From positions 1,394,400 to 1,458,399 of the forward strand of contig NZ_CP121327.1 in NCBI RefSeq assembly GCF_043584775.1: a stretch of DNA of 64,000 nucleotides. The letters are read 5' to 3'. The stretch is from Hyphobacterium sp. (GTDB taxonomy: Bacteria; Pseudomonadota; Alphaproteobacteria; Caulobacterales; Maricaulaceae). The notes beneath the pieces are model-generated. The model was not told the DNA's origin, made no database searches, and was given only the letters and a program-made list of their open reading frames with translations. Position numbers and translations under genes: made by a program. Shown piece after piece: positions 20,750 to 31,512 of the stretch (positions within the stretch are counted from its first letter, which is position 1; each line of letters opens with the position of its first letter).

Positions 20750-22840
20750 CTACTCCGCCGCTTGCGCGTGAGGCGCTGATTTGAGTGCCGAACATTCCGC
20801 CATGGTTTTCGAGGCCCGTGCGATTGCGTTCGTGAGGTAGAAGTCAGCGATTGCCGACCGGAAAGGCTCGGCGCCCATATCGCCCGCTTCGCCAATCGAT
20901 GCCACATCAAATTCAGCAGCCGAGGCATGGCCCGGCGCGTGATCAATGCCGCCGAAGACCGGATGATCGGCAATCAGCTTCTCACGCAATTCTTCCAGCG
21001 AATTGTATGGCAACGTCTTGTTGAGGCGCTCTGACAGGGCCCGGAAAATCGCCCAGTCCTCTTTCGCGTCGCCCTTCGGGAAGACGGCCCGCGCATTGAA
21101 TTGCACGCGGCCTTCCATATTGGCCCACATGCCCTTTTTCTCGGTATAGGCCGCGCCGGGCAGGATCAGGTCCGCGCGATGCGCACCGCGATCGCCGTGG
21201 TGGCCGACATAGATGACGAAGGCATCGCCGAAATCGGCCTCGATCTCGTCTGCGCCCATCAGGACGATGGTGTCCATGCCACCGGCCTGCATTTCGGCGA
21301 CCGACTTACCGCCCTTGCCCGGCACAAAGCCGAGATCCAGAGCACCAACGCGCGAAGCAGCGGTGTGCAGCACGTTGAAGCCGTTCCAGCCATCCTTGAC
21401 GGCCCCGACCTTCGCCGCGACCTCGCCGGCTGCGCGCAGCACCTGAGCGCCGTCTTCGCGGGCCAGGGCGGACGCGCCAACGATGATCATCGGTTTTTCG
21501 GCGTCTTTCAGGACTTTGGTAAAGCCCGAGCGTTTGCCGCCAAAGCCCTTGAGGTCTTTGGGGCCATCGCCCACTTGCTCGAACGGATAGGTCAGATCAC
21601 CGGTCGCGCCGATGACGCCGACTTTCACGTCCCGCTCCAGCCAGGCGCGGCGAATGCGGGCATTGAGCACCGGCGCTTCAAGGCGCGGATCGGTGCCAAC
21701 CAGCAAAATCGCGTCGGCCTCGTCAATCCCGGCAATGGTGGAGTTGAAGAGCCAGCTTTCGCGCGGCCCCTCACCCAATTTTTCGCCGGCCTGACGGCCA
21801 TCCATGGAGGTGACGCCAAGCGCGTCGAACAGGTCTTTTGCCGCTTTCAGCTCTTCAATCGAATTGAGATCGCCGGAAATGACGCCAATTTTCGAGGCAT
21901 CGCCGGACAGCTTGTCGGCGGCCATGCCGAGCGCAATATCCCAGCTGACCGGTGCCAGCTTGCCTTCGACACGAGCATAGGGCTTGTCGAGGCGCTGACG
22001 CTGCAGGCCGTCCCAGATGAAGCGGGTTTTATCCGAAATCCATTCCTCATTAATCTCGTCATTGACGCGCGGCATGATGCGCAGAACGCCCGGCCCGCGG
22101 CTGTCGACGCGGATCCAGGAGCCCATTGCGTCCATCACGTCGATGGTCTCGGTCTTCTTCAGCTCCCAGGGCCGCGCATTATAGGCATACGGCTTGGAGG
22201 TGAGCGCGCCAACGGGGCAGAGATCGATCACATTGCCGGACAGTTCCGACTGGATATTGCTTTCCAGATAGGTCGTGATTTCAGCATCTTCGCCACGGTT
22301 CAGCATGCCGATTTCCGGCGAGCCGGCGACTTCGGTCACGAAGCGCACACAGCGCGTACACTGGATGCAGCGGGTCATGATCGTCTTGACCAGCGGGCCC
22401 ATATTCTTGTCTTCGACGGCGCGCTTGTTCTCGGTGTAGCGCGTGCCGGAACGGCCATAGGCCATGGCCTGGTCCTGCAAATCGCACTCGCCGCCCTGAT
22501 CGCAGATCGGGCAATCGAGCGGGTGGTTGATCAGCAGGAATTCCATCACGCCTTCGCGCGCCTTCTTCACCATCGGCGAAGCGGTATTCATCGCAGGCGG
22601 TTCGCCATTCGGCCCGCCGCGCATGTCCGACACATTCATGGCGCAGGACGCGGCCGGTTTCGGCGCGCCGACCAGCTCGACCAGACACATGCGGCAATTG
22701 CCGGCCACGGACAGGCGCTCATGATAGCAGAAACGCGGGATTTCCTTGCCCGCCGCCTCGGCTGCCTGCAGCAGCGTGTAGTGGTTCGGGACGTCGATTT
22801 CCTCGCCGTCGATGATGATGGTGCGGAGATTATCACTCAT
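20750..22840 (-). CDS. nuoG: NADH-quinone oxidoreductase subunit G (75-kDa Fe-S subunit)
   Basis: 696-aa ORF with the N-terminal 2Fe-2S fold ([18 protein letters not shown]) and [18 protein letters not shown]. Confidence 0.96.
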   Translation of the reverse strand: MSDNLRTIIIDGEEIDVPNHYTLLQAAEAAGKEIPRFCYHERLSVAGNCRMCLVELVGAPKPAASCAMNVSDMRGGPNGEPPAMNTASPMVKKAREGVMEFLLINHPLDCPICDQGGECDLQDQAMAYGRSGTRYTENKRAVEDKNMGPLVKTIMTRCIQCTRCVRFVTEVAGSPEIGMLNRGEDAEITTYLESNIQSELSGNVIDLCPVGALTSKPYAYNARPWELKKTETIDVMDAMGSWIRVDSRGPGVLRIMPRVNDEINEEWISDKTRFIWDGLQRQRLDKPYARVEGKLAPVSWDIALGMAADKLSGDASKIGVISGDLNSIEELKAAKDLFDALGVTSMDGRQAGEKLGEGPRESWLFNSTIAGIDEADAILLVGTDPRLEAPVLNARIRRAWLERDVKVGVIGATGDLTYPFEQVGDGPKDLKGFGGKRSGFTKVLKDAEKPMIIVGASALAREDGAQVLRAAGEVAAKVGAVKDGWNGFNVLHTAASRVGALDLGFVPGKGGKSVAEMQAGGMDTIVLMGADEIEADFGDAFVIYVGHHGDRGAHRADLILPGAAYTEKKGMWANMEGRVQFNARAVFPKGDAKEDWAIFRALSERLNKTLPYNSLEELREKLIADHPVFGGIDHAPGHASAAEFDVASIGEAGDMGAEPFRSAIADFYLTNAIARASKTMAECSALKSAPHAQAAE

Positions 22841-23310
22841 GCCGCAGCTTCCATTGTTTGAGTAGCTTTAGGCTCACGGAGCCAGAAGATGGTGCCCCAG
22901 ATCGCGCCGGGGATCGCAGCCAGGGGCAGCAACATCAACCCGGGGATAAGGGCGAAGAGCCCGAATTGAATTTCAGTTCGATGCTCAGCGGGCCGCATCG
23001 TTTGAACGTGCGCGGCATATTCTGGCCCGAAAAGCGGAACGGTAAGCAACAGGGAAAAACCAGCAAAAACAGCACTGGACCTGACAATCGTCCACCAGGT
23101 GCGATGTCCCCAGTTGAGGAAATAGCGAGCGCCCGAGGCAACAACGAACCAGATCAATGAACCGGCGACAGCCCAAGTTCCAAACCAGAGCAGCGCAAGG
23201 CCGGGCAGACGTTCAATCTGCCACGCTTCGGGACTCAGCCCGGTCAGCATGCCGACCGTCACGGCCGCTGTGGCCAGCGCCGCCAGAACGTATGTAAGGA
23301 AAGTTGTCAT
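22837..23310 (-). CDS. Hypothetical 4-TM membrane protein embedded in the nuo operon (paralog of 23307-24020)
   Basis: 157-aa hydrophobic ORF. Its start overlaps the upstream ORF stop and its stop overlaps the nuoG start (4-nt ATGA-type overlaps). It shares the N-terminus M-TFLTYVLAA and the C-terminus IWGT-FWLR-PK with its neighbour. Confidence 0.7.
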   Translation of the reverse strand: MTTFLTYVLAALATAAVTVGMLTGLSPEAWQIERLPGLALLWFGTWAVAGSLIWFVVASGARYFLNWGHRTWWTIVRSSAVFAGFSLLLTVPLFGPEYAAHVQTMRPAEHRTEIQFGLFALIPGLMLLPLAAIPGAIWGTIFWLREPKATQTMEAAA

Positions 23311-24020
23311 GCGAACACCTCCTTCGTATCAGCCCGCTTTGGCTGGCGGAGCCAGAAGACCGTGCCCCAGATTGACCCTTCAATGATGCTGAGGAGCAGA
23401 AACCCTGCGGCCCTTGATACATCAATGAGGCTCGTCAATAGGAAAGCAATCATCAGAATTGCTCTGGCTGAAACGGCTGTGGCAATTCCGGCGGCAATGT
23501 GGCTTTCAGTCGGGCGGCGCGGATACTTTTTTCGAAGCACGGCATTACCGAACCACGCGACTAACCCGTACGATACCGCAATCAGCGCAAGATTGCCGAA
23601 TGAGGCTATCGTCAGTTCGAATAGGCCGCCAGCCAGAATATTGGGCGTGAACTCGAACATTCTGGTCTGAGAATACAGCTTTAATCCCAATGTTACCGCA
23701 AGCGGTATGGAGGCAACAGTTGCAGCAAGGCAGATTGTTTTCAGCATGTCGCCCTGCTCTGCTGACCCTTGCGAGGATCTTCGCGAGACAAACCAGGCGA
23801 AGCCCGCCAAGGCCAAGCCAACAAATATCGCAGTCATACCTACGAGAGAGGATGACGCCCATGAAAACAGATTCGGAAATAGGAGGCGTTCCACCAAGTC
23901 TGCAGTCGCAGGATCGAATCTATAGCTTCGAGCAATGATCGCGACCGCAGCATTCTGCGTCGCAAACCAGCCCAGAGCCAAAGCGCCAGCCGCCAGAACG
24001 TATGTGAGGAAGGTTCTCAC
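23307..24020 (-). CDS. Hypothetical polytopic membrane protein embedded in the nuo operon (paralog of 22837-23310)
   Basis: 237-aa hydrophobic ORF starting 6 nt after the nuoF stop. It has MRTFLTYVLAAGALALG at the N-terminus and GSIWGTVFWLRQPKRADTKEVFA at the C-terminus. It looks somewhat more AT-rich than the flanking nuo genes (by eye). Confidence 0.7.
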   Translation of the reverse strand: MRTFLTYVLAAGALALGWFATQNAAVAIIARSYRFDPATADLVERLLFPNLFSWASSSLVGMTAIFVGLALAGFAWFVSRRSSQGSAEQGDMLKTICLAATVASIPLAVTLGLKLYSQTRMFEFTPNILAGGLFELTIASFGNLALIAVSYGLVAWFGNAVLRKKYPRRPTESHIAAGIATAVSARAILMIAFLLTSLIDVSRAAGFLLLSIIEGSIWGTVFWLRQPKRADTKEVFA

Positions 24021-24028
24021 TGCGTCAT

Positions 24029-25339
24029 CTACTCCGCGGCCATCTGTGACACCGCGACGGGCTTACCCGCGCGGTAGGCGTTGATGCGGTCTTCAATCTC
24101 GTGGCGGAAATGGCGGATCAGGCCCTGTACCGGCCAGGCCGCGGCATCCCCGAGCGCGCAGATCGTGTGGCCTTCCACCTGGCTGGCGACATCGAGCAGC
24201 TTGTCGATCTCGTCGGTCGAGCTTTCGCCGCGCGCCATGCGTTCCAGCACGCGCCACATCCAGCCCGTACCTTCGCGGCACGGCGTGCACTGGCCGCAGC
24301 TTTCATGCTTGTAGAAATAGGATATCCGGGCAATCGCCTTCACGATGTCCGTGGACTTGTCCATGACAATCACCGCCGCCGTGCCGAGGCCGGATTTCAC
24401 ATCCTTCAGCGCATCGAAATCCATCAGGATATCGGTACAGGTATCGGCCGGAATACACGGAACGGACGAGCCGCCCGGAATGACCGCTTTGAGATTATCC
24501 CAGCCACCGCGAACGCCACCTGCATGGGTTTCGATCAGCGTTTTCAAGGGGATCGACATGACCTCTTCGACATTACACGGCGCGTTCACATGGCCCGAGA
24601 TCGAGAACACCTTGGTGCCGGCGTTGCCCTCGCGGCCAAAGCCTGCAAACCAGTCCGCGCCGCGGCGCAGAATGGTCGGCGCGACGGCGATGGATTCCAC
24701 GTTGTTCACAGTCGTCGGCGCGCCATACAGGCCGGCGTTCGCCGGGAAAGGCGGCTTCAGGCGCGGCTGGCCCTTCTTGCCTTCCAGGCTTTCGAGCAGC
24801 GCGGTTTCCTCGCCGCAGATATACGCGCCGGCGCCGTGGTGGATATAGAGATCGAAATCCCAGCCATGGACATTGTCCTTGCCGATCAGCTTGGCGTCAT
24901 ACGCCTCCTTGATGGCCTTTTCGAGCGCGATCCGCTCATCGACATATTCACCGCGGATATAGATGTAGCAGGCCTTGGCGCGCATGGCGAAAGAGGCGAT
25001 CAGGCAGCCCTCGATCAGGAGATGCGGATCATTGCGCATGATCTCGCGGTCCTTGCAGGTGCCCGGCTCGGATTCGTCCGCATTGACGACCAGATAATGC
25101 GGGCGTGCGCCGACTTCCTTGGGCATGAAGGACCATTTGAGACCGGTCGGAAACCCTGCTCCGCCGCGGCCGCGCAGACCGGACGCCTTGACCTGATCGA
25201 CTATCCATTCCGGACCCATATCGATCATGTCCTTGGTGGCATTCCATGCGCCACGCTTCTTTGCCGCGTCCAGACCCGGATCTTCCCGGCCAAACAGGTT
25301 CAGGAAGATGCGATCCTTATCGTCCAGGAGCTTTGTCAT
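24029..25339 (-). CDS. nuoF: NADH-quinone oxidoreductase subunit F (NADH/FMN-binding, 51 kDa)
   Basis: 436-aa ORF with [31 protein letters not shown] and [12 protein letters not shown]. Confidence 0.97.
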   Translation of the reverse strand: MTKLLDDKDRIFLNLFGREDPGLDAAKKRGAWNATKDMIDMGPEWIVDQVKASGLRGRGGAGFPTGLKWSFMPKEVGARPHYLVVNADESEPGTCKDREIMRNDPHLLIEGCLIASFAMRAKACYIYIRGEYVDERIALEKAIKEAYDAKLIGKDNVHGWDFDLYIHHGAGAYICGEETALLESLEGKKGQPRLKPPFPANAGLYGAPTTVNNVESIAVAPTILRRGADWFAGFGREGNAGTKVFSISGHVNAPCNVEEVMSIPLKTLIETHAGGVRGGWDNLKAVIPGGSSVPCIPADTCTDILMDFDALKDVKSGLGTAAVIVMDKSTDIVKAIARISYFYKHESCGQCTPCREGTGWMWRVLERMARGESSTDEIDKLLDVASQVEGHTICALGDAAAWPVQGLIRHFRHEIEDRINAYRAGKPVAVSQMAAE

Positions 25340-26112
25340 AGCTCACTCCCCTTGCCCTTTTTGCGCACGGCCTTGGGGGTATCCTTTGGCGGTGTCGTGT
25401 TGGTGTCCTTGGGCTTGGCCTTTTCCTTGGGCTTTGCCGGTTTTTCGCCGGTATCATTCGCGGCGTTGGGCAATTTGATCTTCTTGGCCAGCGAGCCGTC
25501 ATAGAGTGACCCGTCGGTCAGCGCGGTCGAGCCACCTTCGGCTTCCGAACAGGACCGCCCGATCTGCGATCCGGCTTTAGGCGTTTTGCCGGCCACCAGA
25601 TCATCAATGATCTGGCCCAGGGTTTCGCCCGTCAGGTCTTCATAATAATGATCGCCGGCCGTATTGGAGATTTGCACCATTGGCGCATTGGCGCACGCGC
25701 CGAGGCATTCCACTTCCATCCAGGACAGCTTGCCATCGGCCGAAACCTGTCCCTTGGGACCGATCTTGTCGGCGCAGACCTTCTTCAGATCATCCGCACC
25801 GCGCAGCCAGCAAGGCGTCGTGCCGCACAGCTGGATCAGGTGCTCGCCCGCCGGGGCCAGATTGAACATGGTGTAAAAGGTGGCCACCTCCATCACCCGG
25901 ATTTTCGGCATGCCCAGACGATCCGCGATCTCGCGCATGGCCGGTTCGGACACCCAGCCATCCTGCTTTTGTGCAATCCACAGCATGGGAATGACGGCGG
26001 AGGCTTTCTTGGCCTCCGGATACTTGTTCAACCAGAACTTTATTTCTTTCTCGGATTCCTTTGAAAACGAGAAGCTTTCGGGCTGGTCCAGAGCAATTTT
26101 GCGAGCGCTCAT
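25336..26112 (-). CDS. nuoE: NADH-quinone oxidoreductase subunit E (24 kDa) with a Lys/Pro-rich C-terminal tail
   Basis: 258-aa ORF with the thioredoxin-like 2Fe-2S motifs ([22 protein letters not shown]). About the last 50 aa are low complexity: [37 protein letters not shown]. Confidence 0.95.
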   Translation of the reverse strand: MSARKIALDQPESFSFSKESEKEIKFWLNKYPEAKKASAVIPMLWIAQKQDGWVSEPAMREIADRLGMPKIRVMEVATFYTMFNLAPAGEHLIQLCGTTPCWLRGADDLKKVCADKIGPKGQVSADGKLSWMEVECLGACANAPMVQISNTAGDHYYEDLTGETLGQIIDDLVAGKTPKAGSQIGRSCSEAEGGSTALTDGSLYDGSLAKKIKLPNAANDTGEKPAKPKEKAKPKDTNTTPPKDTPKAVRKKGKGSEL

Positions 26113-26555
26113 CGCGCGCCTCCTTCATACGTCTCGGCGACGGTGTCATTCTCGACATACCAGTCCGTAACACCCTGCCCGTCACACCATTCCCGGCCGG
26201 CCCGCAGGGCTTCGGCGACGCCTGCCGGCGTGCCATCATGTTGAATGCGTTCAATCCCATGCGCCCCGCCAAAGGAGACAAGGTCCATCCCCGCTTCGCC
26301 ATCGGTCCGGAAATTGTATTGCTGGATTTCAGCAAAAACCCGATTATCCAGATCGCCGGGATCATAAGCCGTCAGCACACAGCCCATGCATTCCGCCTCG
26401 GCGTCATTACCCAGACAGCGAATGATGCCGACTGCCGAATAGGGTGGCTCATTGCCGATCGATTCCGCGATCTGCGCATGCAGCGCGCTGTCATCACGTG
26501 GCGAGCACGCGGCGACAGTTATCAGCAAAGCCGGTATGACAGCAATCCGCAGCAT
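26109..26555 (-). CDS. Hypothetical lipoprotein embedded between nuoD and nuoE
   Basis: 148-aa ORF with a lipoprotein signal peptide and lipobox ([17 protein letters not shown]). Its start overlaps the nuoD stop (TAATG) and its stop overlaps the nuoE start (ATGA). Confidence 0.65.
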   Translation of the reverse strand: MLRIAVIPALLITVAACSPRDDSALHAQIAESIGNEPPYSAVGIIRCLGNDAEAECMGCVLTAYDPGDLDNRVFAEIQQYNFRTDGEAGMDLVSFGGAHGIERIQHDGTPAGVAEALRAGREWCDGQGVTDWYVENDTVAETYEGGAR

Positions 26556-27772
26556 TATCGGTCGATCTCTCCGAACACGATATCCAGCGAGCCCAGAATG
26601 GCCGACACGTCTGCCAGCTGGTGACCGCGATTGATATGATCCATGGCCGCAAGGTGGGCAAAGCCCGGCGCGCGGATTTTCACGCGATACGGCTTGTTGG
26701 TGCCATCGGCGACGAGGTAGACGCCAAACTCGCCCTTCGGCGCCTCGACGGCGACATAGGCTTCGCCTGCCGGGACATGGACGCCTTCAGTGTACAGCTT
26801 GAAGTGATGGATCAGCGCTTCCATCGACTGCTTCATCTCGGCGCGGCGCGGCGGTGCAAATTTGGAATTCGTCGGCAGGACTTCGCCGGCATTTTCCGCC
26901 CGCGACAGCCATTCGACGCATTGTTTCATGATCTTGACCGATTCCAGCATCTCCTCGATGCGGATCAGATAGCGGTCCCAGCAATCGCCGTTCTTGCCCA
27001 GCGGAATCTGGAATTCCAGCTCGTCATAGACCTCATAGGGCTGCGAGCGGCGCAGATCCCAGGCCATGCCCGAACCGCGCACCATGACGCCGGAGAAGCC
27101 CCATTCGAGTGCATCCTGCTTGGACACCACGCCGATATCGACATTGCGCTGTTTGAAAATCCGGTTTTCGGTCAGCAGGTTATCAATGTCCTTGAGCTTG
27201 GCCGGGAATTGCTCGCACCACTCACCGATATCCTCGATCAGCTTCAGTGGCAGGTCCTGGTGAACGCCACCGGGACGGAAATAGTGCGCGTGCATGCGCG
27301 AGCCGGAGGCACGCTCATAGAACACCATCAGCTTTTCGCGCTCTTCAAAGCCCCAGACCGGCGGGGTCAGAGCGCCGACGTCCAGCGCTTGTGTCGTGAC
27401 ATTCAGGATGTGCGACAGGATACGGCCGATCTCGCAATAGAGAACGCGGATATACTCACCCCGGCGCGGGACGGGAATGCCGGCGAGCTTCTCGATCGCC
27501 AGGCAGAAGGCGTGCTCCTGGTTCATCGGCGCCACATAGTCGAGGCGGTCGAAATAGCCGATGCCCTGAAGGTAGGTCTTGTGCTCCAGCAGCTTTTCCG
27601 TGCCGCGGTGCAGAAGGCCGATATGCGGATCCACGCGGTCGACGATCTCGCCATCGAGCTCCAGCACGAGGCGCAACACGCCGTGTGCCGCCGGGTGCTG
27701 CGGGCCGAAATTGATCGTGAACTTGCGGTCGTCGAGCTGTTCCATGTCTTCGGGGTTGATCAGATCGGACAT
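26555..27772 (-). CDS. nuoD: NADH-quinone oxidoreductase subunit D (49 kDa)
   Basis: 405-aa ORF with [21 protein letters not shown] and the C-terminal [13 protein letters not shown]. Confidence 0.97.
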   Translation of the reverse strand: MSDLINPEDMEQLDDRKFTINFGPQHPAAHGVLRLVLELDGEIVDRVDPHIGLLHRGTEKLLEHKTYLQGIGYFDRLDYVAPMNQEHAFCLAIEKLAGIPVPRRGEYIRVLYCEIGRILSHILNVTTQALDVGALTPPVWGFEEREKLMVFYERASGSRMHAHYFRPGGVHQDLPLKLIEDIGEWCEQFPAKLKDIDNLLTENRIFKQRNVDIGVVSKQDALEWGFSGVMVRGSGMAWDLRRSQPYEVYDELEFQIPLGKNGDCWDRYLIRIEEMLESVKIMKQCVEWLSRAENAGEVLPTNSKFAPPRRAEMKQSMEALIHHFKLYTEGVHVPAGEAYVAVEAPKGEFGVYLVADGTNKPYRVKIRAPGFAHLAAMDHINRGHQLADVSAILGSLDIVFGEIDR

Positions 27773-28383
27773 TATGCGCCCTCCCCCTTGGCTTTCTCGT
27801 CACCCGGAATGACGTATTTCGCGCCTTCCCAGGGCGAGAGGAAATCGAAGTCGCGATATTCCTGAATCAGCTCGACCGGTTCGTAGACAACGCGCTTTTC
27901 TTCCTCATCCCACCGCACTTCGACATGGCCGGAGAGTGGGAAATCCTTGCGCAGCGGATGTCCGTTAAAGCCGTAATCGGTGAGGATACGGCGCAGATCG
28001 GGATGGCCGGAGAAGACAATGCCATACATATCAAAGGCTTCGCGTTCGAACCAGTTGGCAACCGGGAAAATGTCCGACAGCGAGGCCACCGGCGTTTCCT
28101 CGTCGGTCGAGGTCTTGATCCGGATGCGATGGTTCAACGGCATGGACAGCAGGTGATACACCACCTCGAAGCGTTCGGAGCGCTGCGGATAGTCGACGCC
28201 GCAAATATCGATCAGCGTCGTAAAGCGGCAGGCGCGGTCATCGCGCAAGAATTTGATCACTTCCACGACGCGGTCGCTGTGAATGGTGATGTTCAGCTCA
28301 CCGACATCCACCGACCAGTCGCGGATTGCCGAATCCAGCTGCGCCGAGATGTGTTCGCCAAGTTCCTTCAATCGTTCGCTCAT
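27772..28383 (-). CDS. nuoC: NADH-quinone oxidoreductase subunit C (30 kDa)
   Basis: 203-aa ORF with [31 protein letters not shown]. Confidence 0.95.
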   Translation of the reverse strand: MSERLKELGEHISAQLDSAIRDWSVDVGELNITIHSDRVVEVIKFLRDDRACRFTTLIDICGVDYPQRSERFEVVYHLLSMPLNHRIRIKTSTDEETPVASLSDIFPVANWFEREAFDMYGIVFSGHPDLRRILTDYGFNGHPLRKDFPLSGHVEVRWDEEEKRVVYEPVELIQEYRDFDFLSPWEGAKYVIPGDEKAKGEGA

Positions 28384-28946
28384 CGTTCGATCGAGCCTTC
28401 GCGGCGAATTTTCTTCTGAAGCTGCAAGATGCCGTACACAAGAGCCTCAGCGGTCGGCGGGCAGCCCGGCACATAGATGTCGACCGGCACGATCCGGTCG
28501 CAGCCGCGCACCACGGCATAGCTGTAATGGTAATAGCCACCGCCATTGGCACAGGAGCCCATAGAAATCACATATCTCGGCTCGGGCATCTGATCGTAAA
28601 CCTTGCGCAACGCCGGTGCCATTTTGTTGGTCAGCGTGCCAGCCACAATCATCACATCCGACTGACGCGGAGAAGCGCGCGGCGCAAAACCGAATCGCTC
28701 GACGTCATAACGCGGCATGGCCGCCTGCATCATCTCGACCGCGCAGCAGGCCAGACCGAATGTCATCCACATCAGCGAGCCGGTGCGCGCCCAGGTGATG
28801 AGGTCATCGGCGGCGGCGACGACAAAACCCTTGTCGGCCAGCGCATCTGAAACACCGTCAAAAAACGGATCGTGCTTTTTCGGGTCATAATGCGGGGTGG
28901 CGGCGCGACCGGCAGAACCCGCAGGAATGATGGTGTTCTCAGCCAT
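28380..28946 (-). CDS. nuoB: NADH-quinone oxidoreductase subunit B (20 kDa, N2 cluster)
   Basis: 188-aa ORF with [26 protein letters not shown] and DIYVPGCPP. Confidence 0.97.
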   Translation of the reverse strand: MAENTIIPAGSAGRAATPHYDPKKHDPFFDGVSDALADKGFVVAAADDLITWARTGSLMWMTFGLACCAVEMMQAAMPRYDVERFGFAPRASPRQSDVMIVAGTLTNKMAPALRKVYDQMPEPRYVISMGSCANGGGYYHYSYAVVRGCDRIVPVDIYVPGCPPTAEALVYGILQLQKKIRREGSIER

Positions 28947-28949
28947 GAT

Positions 28950-29315
28950 TTACTCCCACTCCAGCGCGCCTTTTTTCCACTCGTAGATGAAGCCCACGGT
29001 GAGCACACCAAGGAACACCATCATCGACCAGAAAGCGAAAAGACCGGTCTCGCCGAGCGTCACTGCCCACGGGAAGAGGAAGGCCACTTCCAGATCGAAG
29101 ATAATGAACAGAATCGCGACGAGATAAAAACGGACATCGAATTTCATCCGGGCATCGTCGAAGGCTTCAAATCCGCACTCATATGTCGAGACTTTTTCCG
29201 GATCCGGCTTGGACGGCGCCAATACCCAGGCGGCCAGCATGAAGCCAATGCCCATCGCAGACGCGATTCCCAGAAAAATGATAATCGGCAAGTATTCGAG
29301 CAGAAGCGCATTCAT
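28950..29315 (-). CDS. nuoA: NADH-quinone oxidoreductase subunit A
   Basis: 121-aa 3-TM protein with [39 protein letters not shown]. First gene of the operon. Confidence 0.95.
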   Translation of the reverse strand: MNALLLEYLPIIIFLGIASAMGIGFMLAAWVLAPSKPDPEKVSTYECGFEAFDDARMKFDVRFYLVAILFIIFDLEVAFLFPWAVTLGETGLFAFWSMMVFLGVLTVGFIYEWKKGALEWE

Positions 29316-29529
29316 GACGGATCGCCCCGAGTAGCTAATGTGAGGGGCCGGCCTACGCAGAATAGCGAGTCAGGCCTGACCAATAGCCCCCACACGGTCG
29401 GGCCGGAAGCTAGAGCGAGCCGACATCACTCGCAAGGCGAAAAGGCGGCTTTTTCTGTGCGAAATCCACGCGCAAGTGCTTGAAATACCGTCAGGTGAGA
29501 ATGGTTTGCAAGTTTGTCCCCGCGGAATC

Positions 29530-29556
29530 AAAAAAGCCGCCCCCGGAGGAGCGGCT
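29530..29556 (-). terminator. Rho-independent terminator downstream of the GST gene
   Basis: The reverse strand reads GAGCCGCTCCTCCGGGGGCGGCTTTTTT, a GC-rich hairpin plus T-run about 25 nt after the stop at 29580. Confidence 0.7.
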
Positions 29557-29579
29557 CTTTCAATCGATTCCGGGCCGGA

Positions 29580-30452
29580 TCAGGACGTCGCGACCTTGTC
29601 CTGCGTCTTTGTCTCGAAATCCGAAGCCTCATGGCGTTCCAGCAACTGGCTTGAGGGCTCGCCCCAGGCGCGGTTGACCATGCGGCCGCGTTTGACCGCG
29701 TCGCGGGCATATAGTTGGTCGGCCCAACGGATGACATTTTTGTATTCGTGGACCGACAGGAACTCGCCGGCATCATAGAGCAGGCCCTTGGCCATCGCGC
29801 CATACCAGGGGAAGATTGCCATGTCCGCGATCGTGTATTCATCGCCGATTACGTATTCGCGGTCGGCCAGATTACGGTCGAGCACATCCATCTGGCGTTT
29901 GACTTCCATGGCATAGCGGTCAATCGGGTATTGCCATTTCTCCGGCGCATAGGCGTAGAAATGCCCGAAACCGCCACCCAGCATCGGCGCGGAGCCCATC
30001 TGCCAGAACAGCCAGTTGAAGGTCTCGGCGCGTTTGCTCGGGTCGGTGGGCAGGAATTCACCAAACTTCTCCGCCAGATAAACCAGGATGGAACCGGATT
30101 CGAAGACGCGTTGTGGTGTTTGGGCGGAATGGTCGACCAGCACGGGGATTTTGGAATTCGGATTGGCCTCGACGAAGCCGGAAGAGAATTGATCGCCCTC
30201 ATTGATATTGATCAGCCAGGCGTCGTATTCCGCGCCCTCATGGCCCTTCGCCAGCAATTCTTCCAGCAATATCGTGGCCTTCACACCGTTCGGCGTTGCC
30301 AACGAATAAAGCTGAAGCGGGTGTTTGCCGACGGGCAGATCCTTATCGTGCGTCTTGCCCGCCGTCGGCCGGTTGATATTGGCAAAGCGACCGCCATTGC
30401 CCTTTTCCCAGGTCCAGACTTTCGGCGGTGTCCATGAATGCGTATCGGCCAT
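29580..30452 (-). CDS. yghU: YghU-like (Nu-class) glutathione S-transferase / GSH-dependent disulfide-bond oxidoreductase
   Basis: The start is taken at MADTHSWTPPKVWTWEKGNGGRFANINRPTAGKTHDKDLPVGKHPLQLYSLATPNGVKATILLEELL. This N-terminal pattern and the length of about 290 aa match E. coli YghU-type GSTs as I recall them. Confidence 0.75.
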   Translation of the reverse strand: MADTHSWTPPKVWTWEKGNGGRFANINRPTAGKTHDKDLPVGKHPLQLYSLATPNGVKATILLEELLAKGHEGAEYDAWLININEGDQFSSGFVEANPNSKIPVLVDHSAQTPQRVFESGSILVYLAEKFGEFLPTDPSKRAETFNWLFWQMGSAPMLGGGFGHFYAYAPEKWQYPIDRYAMEVKRQMDVLDRNLADREYVIGDEYTIADMAIFPWYGAMAKGLLYDAGEFLSVHEYKNVIRWADQLYARDAVKRGRMVNRAWGEPSSQLLERHEASDFETKTQDKVATS

Positions 30453-30566
30453 GATCGATCCTCGGCGTTTGGTTGGTTTCGAGCATATGGGGAGATGCGA
30501 CGATAAATAAACCACTCACCGGAAAACCCGAACGTAATTCGCTGGAATTATCGGCATCGATGGACA

Positions 30567-31478
30567 ATGTCGTTAATCGCAAGCATGCTGCATGACATGA
30601 GAGAATTACGTATTCCAATTGCCCTTTTCGTCTTATTTTCGTTTTGGCCAGCGATACCTGTTGGAGCCCTGCAATCAGCAGTTCGGCCCGAGATTGGATC
30701 ACAATTTCTCGTCGTGATGGAGACAGAAACACGCGGAACGGCTGACGGGTCGAGATCGAGTTCTTCCTCGCGGCAGACTTTGACCGAGCGTATTATCGAG
30801 CGAAGCCAAGACGGCATCCTCGTCGAATACGATTTCCATTCCGATGCGACAGACGAGGAGCGGGCGCGCGTTTGGCAATTGCCGGTGCATGTTTTTATCG
30901 ATTCCGCAGGAACGGTCTCAATTCAAAATCTTTCGGAGCTTGAAAGCCGGGTAGATCCTTGGCTCGAACACTGGGATTTTGACCGATCGATGTGCGGCCG
31001 ATGGCTTTTCACCTGGACCGCTTTCCAGATCGATTGCGATCCCGAATCTGCCGTGGGATATGTTCAGCCTTTGATCGTTCACCAATACCAGTTGTTTGAT
31101 GGCAGTCTGGTGGCTGAGCATGGAACACTTGAGCCAGCTCATCTTGATAGCCGCCAACGGGATTCAGGCGGTCTTAGCTATACTGCACAGTTCGATATCG
31201 ATCCCGATGTCATTCGCCGCGAACGCGCAATGGCTGATGTGATCATTGCCGAGATCTATGGTCGCCCCCCGCTAGATATCGAGGATTCAATGGAAGAGCG
31301 GAGAGACGAGCAAATCTCCGGGCAATTATCTCTGACTATCGAAACGGACACACTAGGCGATATCCTCCGAATCGAGAGGCTGAGCGAAACCGAAATCAGA
31401 CTGCCAGACGGAGCCAATGAAAATCAGTGGCGCAGTCAAGTTGTTACACGCCAACCATTGGCTAGCGGAACTGATTAG
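30567..31478 (+). CDS. Hypothetical exported protein (orphan, lower GC than neighbours)
   Basis: 303-aa ORF. A probable signal peptide begins at the internal MRELRIPIALFVLFSFWPAIPVGA (ATG 30597). No recognisable motif. The sequence is visibly AT-richer than its flanks. Confidence 0.6.
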   Translation: MSLIASMLHDMRELRIPIALFVLFSFWPAIPVGALQSAVRPEIGSQFLVVMETETRGTADGSRSSSSSRQTLTERIIERSQDGILVEYDFHSDATDEERARVWQLPVHVFIDSAGTVSIQNLSELESRVDPWLEHWDFDRSMCGRWLFTWTAFQIDCDPESAVGYVQPLIVHQYQLFDGSLVAEHGTLEPAHLDSRQRDSGGLSYTAQFDIDPDVIRRERAMADVIIAEIYGRPPLDIEDSMEERRDEQISGQLSLTIETDTLGDILRIERLSETEIRLPDGANENQWRSQVVTRQPLASGTD

Positions 31479-31512
31479 CCAATTGGCATTCAGAAAGGCT
31501 CTTTGAAACCTT

